A stretch of DNA of 64,000 nt from an uncultured Gammaproteobacteria bacterium (lineage in GTDB: Bacteria > Pseudomonadota > Gammaproteobacteria > UBA9214): assembly GCA_963803275.1 (NCBI GenBank), contig CAWDLS010000001.1, positions 17,487 to 81,486 of the forward strand, given 5' to 3'. Each line of letters starts with the position of its first letter. Within the stretch, counting starts at the first letter, position 1. Both the position numbers and the translations under genes were made by a program. This document shows, in pieces, positions 63,482 through 64,000 of the stretch. The notes under the pieces are model-generated. The model ran no database searches, had not been told where the DNA came from, and worked only from the letters and a program-made list of their open reading frames with translations.

Positions 63482-63564
63482 CCCCCTTTTGCTCCCTTGG
63501 GACCCAGAAATTACCACTGAGCCCCACTTTGCGACACTATAGGGAGGAGGGGTTATTTCGTCAA
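63482..63564 (-). promoter_or_regulatory. Sigma-70 dcw promoter with MraZ-binding repeats
   Basis: -35 TTGACG (63564-63559), 17-bp spacer, -10 TATAGT (63541-63536), then GTGTC/GTGGG/GTGGT/CTGGG/AGGGA/AGGGG at a 10-bp period. Confidence 0.85.
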
Positions 63565-63863
63565 GTGAAATTTGAAAAAAATATCCATTCGGACAGTAAC
63601 TTAGGCTAAATTTCAAAAATTGCCAATCTTTTATGGAACATATAAATTACAAATCAAAAGCTTGCCAAAAATACCTTGAGTAGATTGACAGCTTGGCCCG
63701 ATTCCATGCATTTCCGGATGCCGGACGGACCTGACCTAAGGCTCAAGTGGGTATTATACCTCTGTTCAAAACACAATATATTGGGTACAGGAAGTAATTT
63801 TTTACGTAGATGGTTGATTGGAGCACAGCATCCTGTGCCGTCCACCGGACAAGCACGGACAAC

Positions 63864-63890
63864 AAAAAAGCCTGCATTGCAGGCTTTTTT
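63864..63890. terminator. Bidirectional-type intrinsic terminator
   Basis: AAAAAAGCCTGCA-T-TGCAGGCTTTTTT just downstream of the ssb-like stop. Confidence 0.88.
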
Positions 63891-63917
63891 GATAACGACC
63901 CGGTTTGTCGCGCGGGT

Positions 63918-64000
63918 CTAGAACGGTATGTCATCATCGAATTCGGCTGGGCCTTCCGCAATGGCGGGCGCACGGCTCTCATTGCTTTCACTGGCCGGGA
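63918..64000 (-). CDS. ssb: 3' end of probable single-stranded DNA-binding protein (not in ORF track)
   Basis: Minus strand reads PASESNESRAPAIAEGPAEFDDDIPF*, the canonical SSB acidic tip. Confidence 0.72.
   Translation of the reverse strand, partial: PASESNESRAPAIAEGPAEFDDDIPF

Noticed and set aside
63565-63860. rnpB (RNase P RNA), often found upstream of mraZ
   Set aside because: The conserved GAGGAAAGTCC and terminal RNase P motifs were not found on either strand.

Overview
GC-rich gammaproteobacterial chromosome segment, probably a long-read or metagenome assembly. Indel frameshifts cluster at about 1-8 kb, 34-36.2 kb and 57.8-60.1 kb, including in essential genes. Most of the window is conserved housekeeping synteny: aspS-fmdB, an ATM1-like ABC transporter, clpB-ZIP-pgeF-rluD/bamD, nadE-sucDC, pilS-pilR-pilA, pilBCD-coaE-zapD-yacG, argJ-secA-M23/DciA, lpxC, the full dcw cluster (ftsZ to mraZ) and the 3' end of an ssb-like gene. 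Three things stand out. (1) A ~510-bp non-coding element between nadE and sucD consists of two diverged, inverted copies of a ~240-250-nt structured unit. Each copy ends in a pseudoknot with a mirror-repeat third strand (triple-helix signature), and the stem, pseudoknot and third strand all co-vary between the copies. (2) A ~13-kb glycosylation island lies between pilA and pilB. It starts with a TMTC-like (eukaryote-type GT-C O-mannosyltransferase-like) membrane/TPR protein and a DPM1-like GT2, next to a Ser/Thr-rich pilin. It also encodes a flippase, sulfotransferase, aminotransferase, methyltransferases and GT4/GT2 enzymes. (3) clpB carries an in-frame, CAGGA-repeat-rich insertion of about 24 codons. 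All family calls come from motif recognition by eye; no searches were run.
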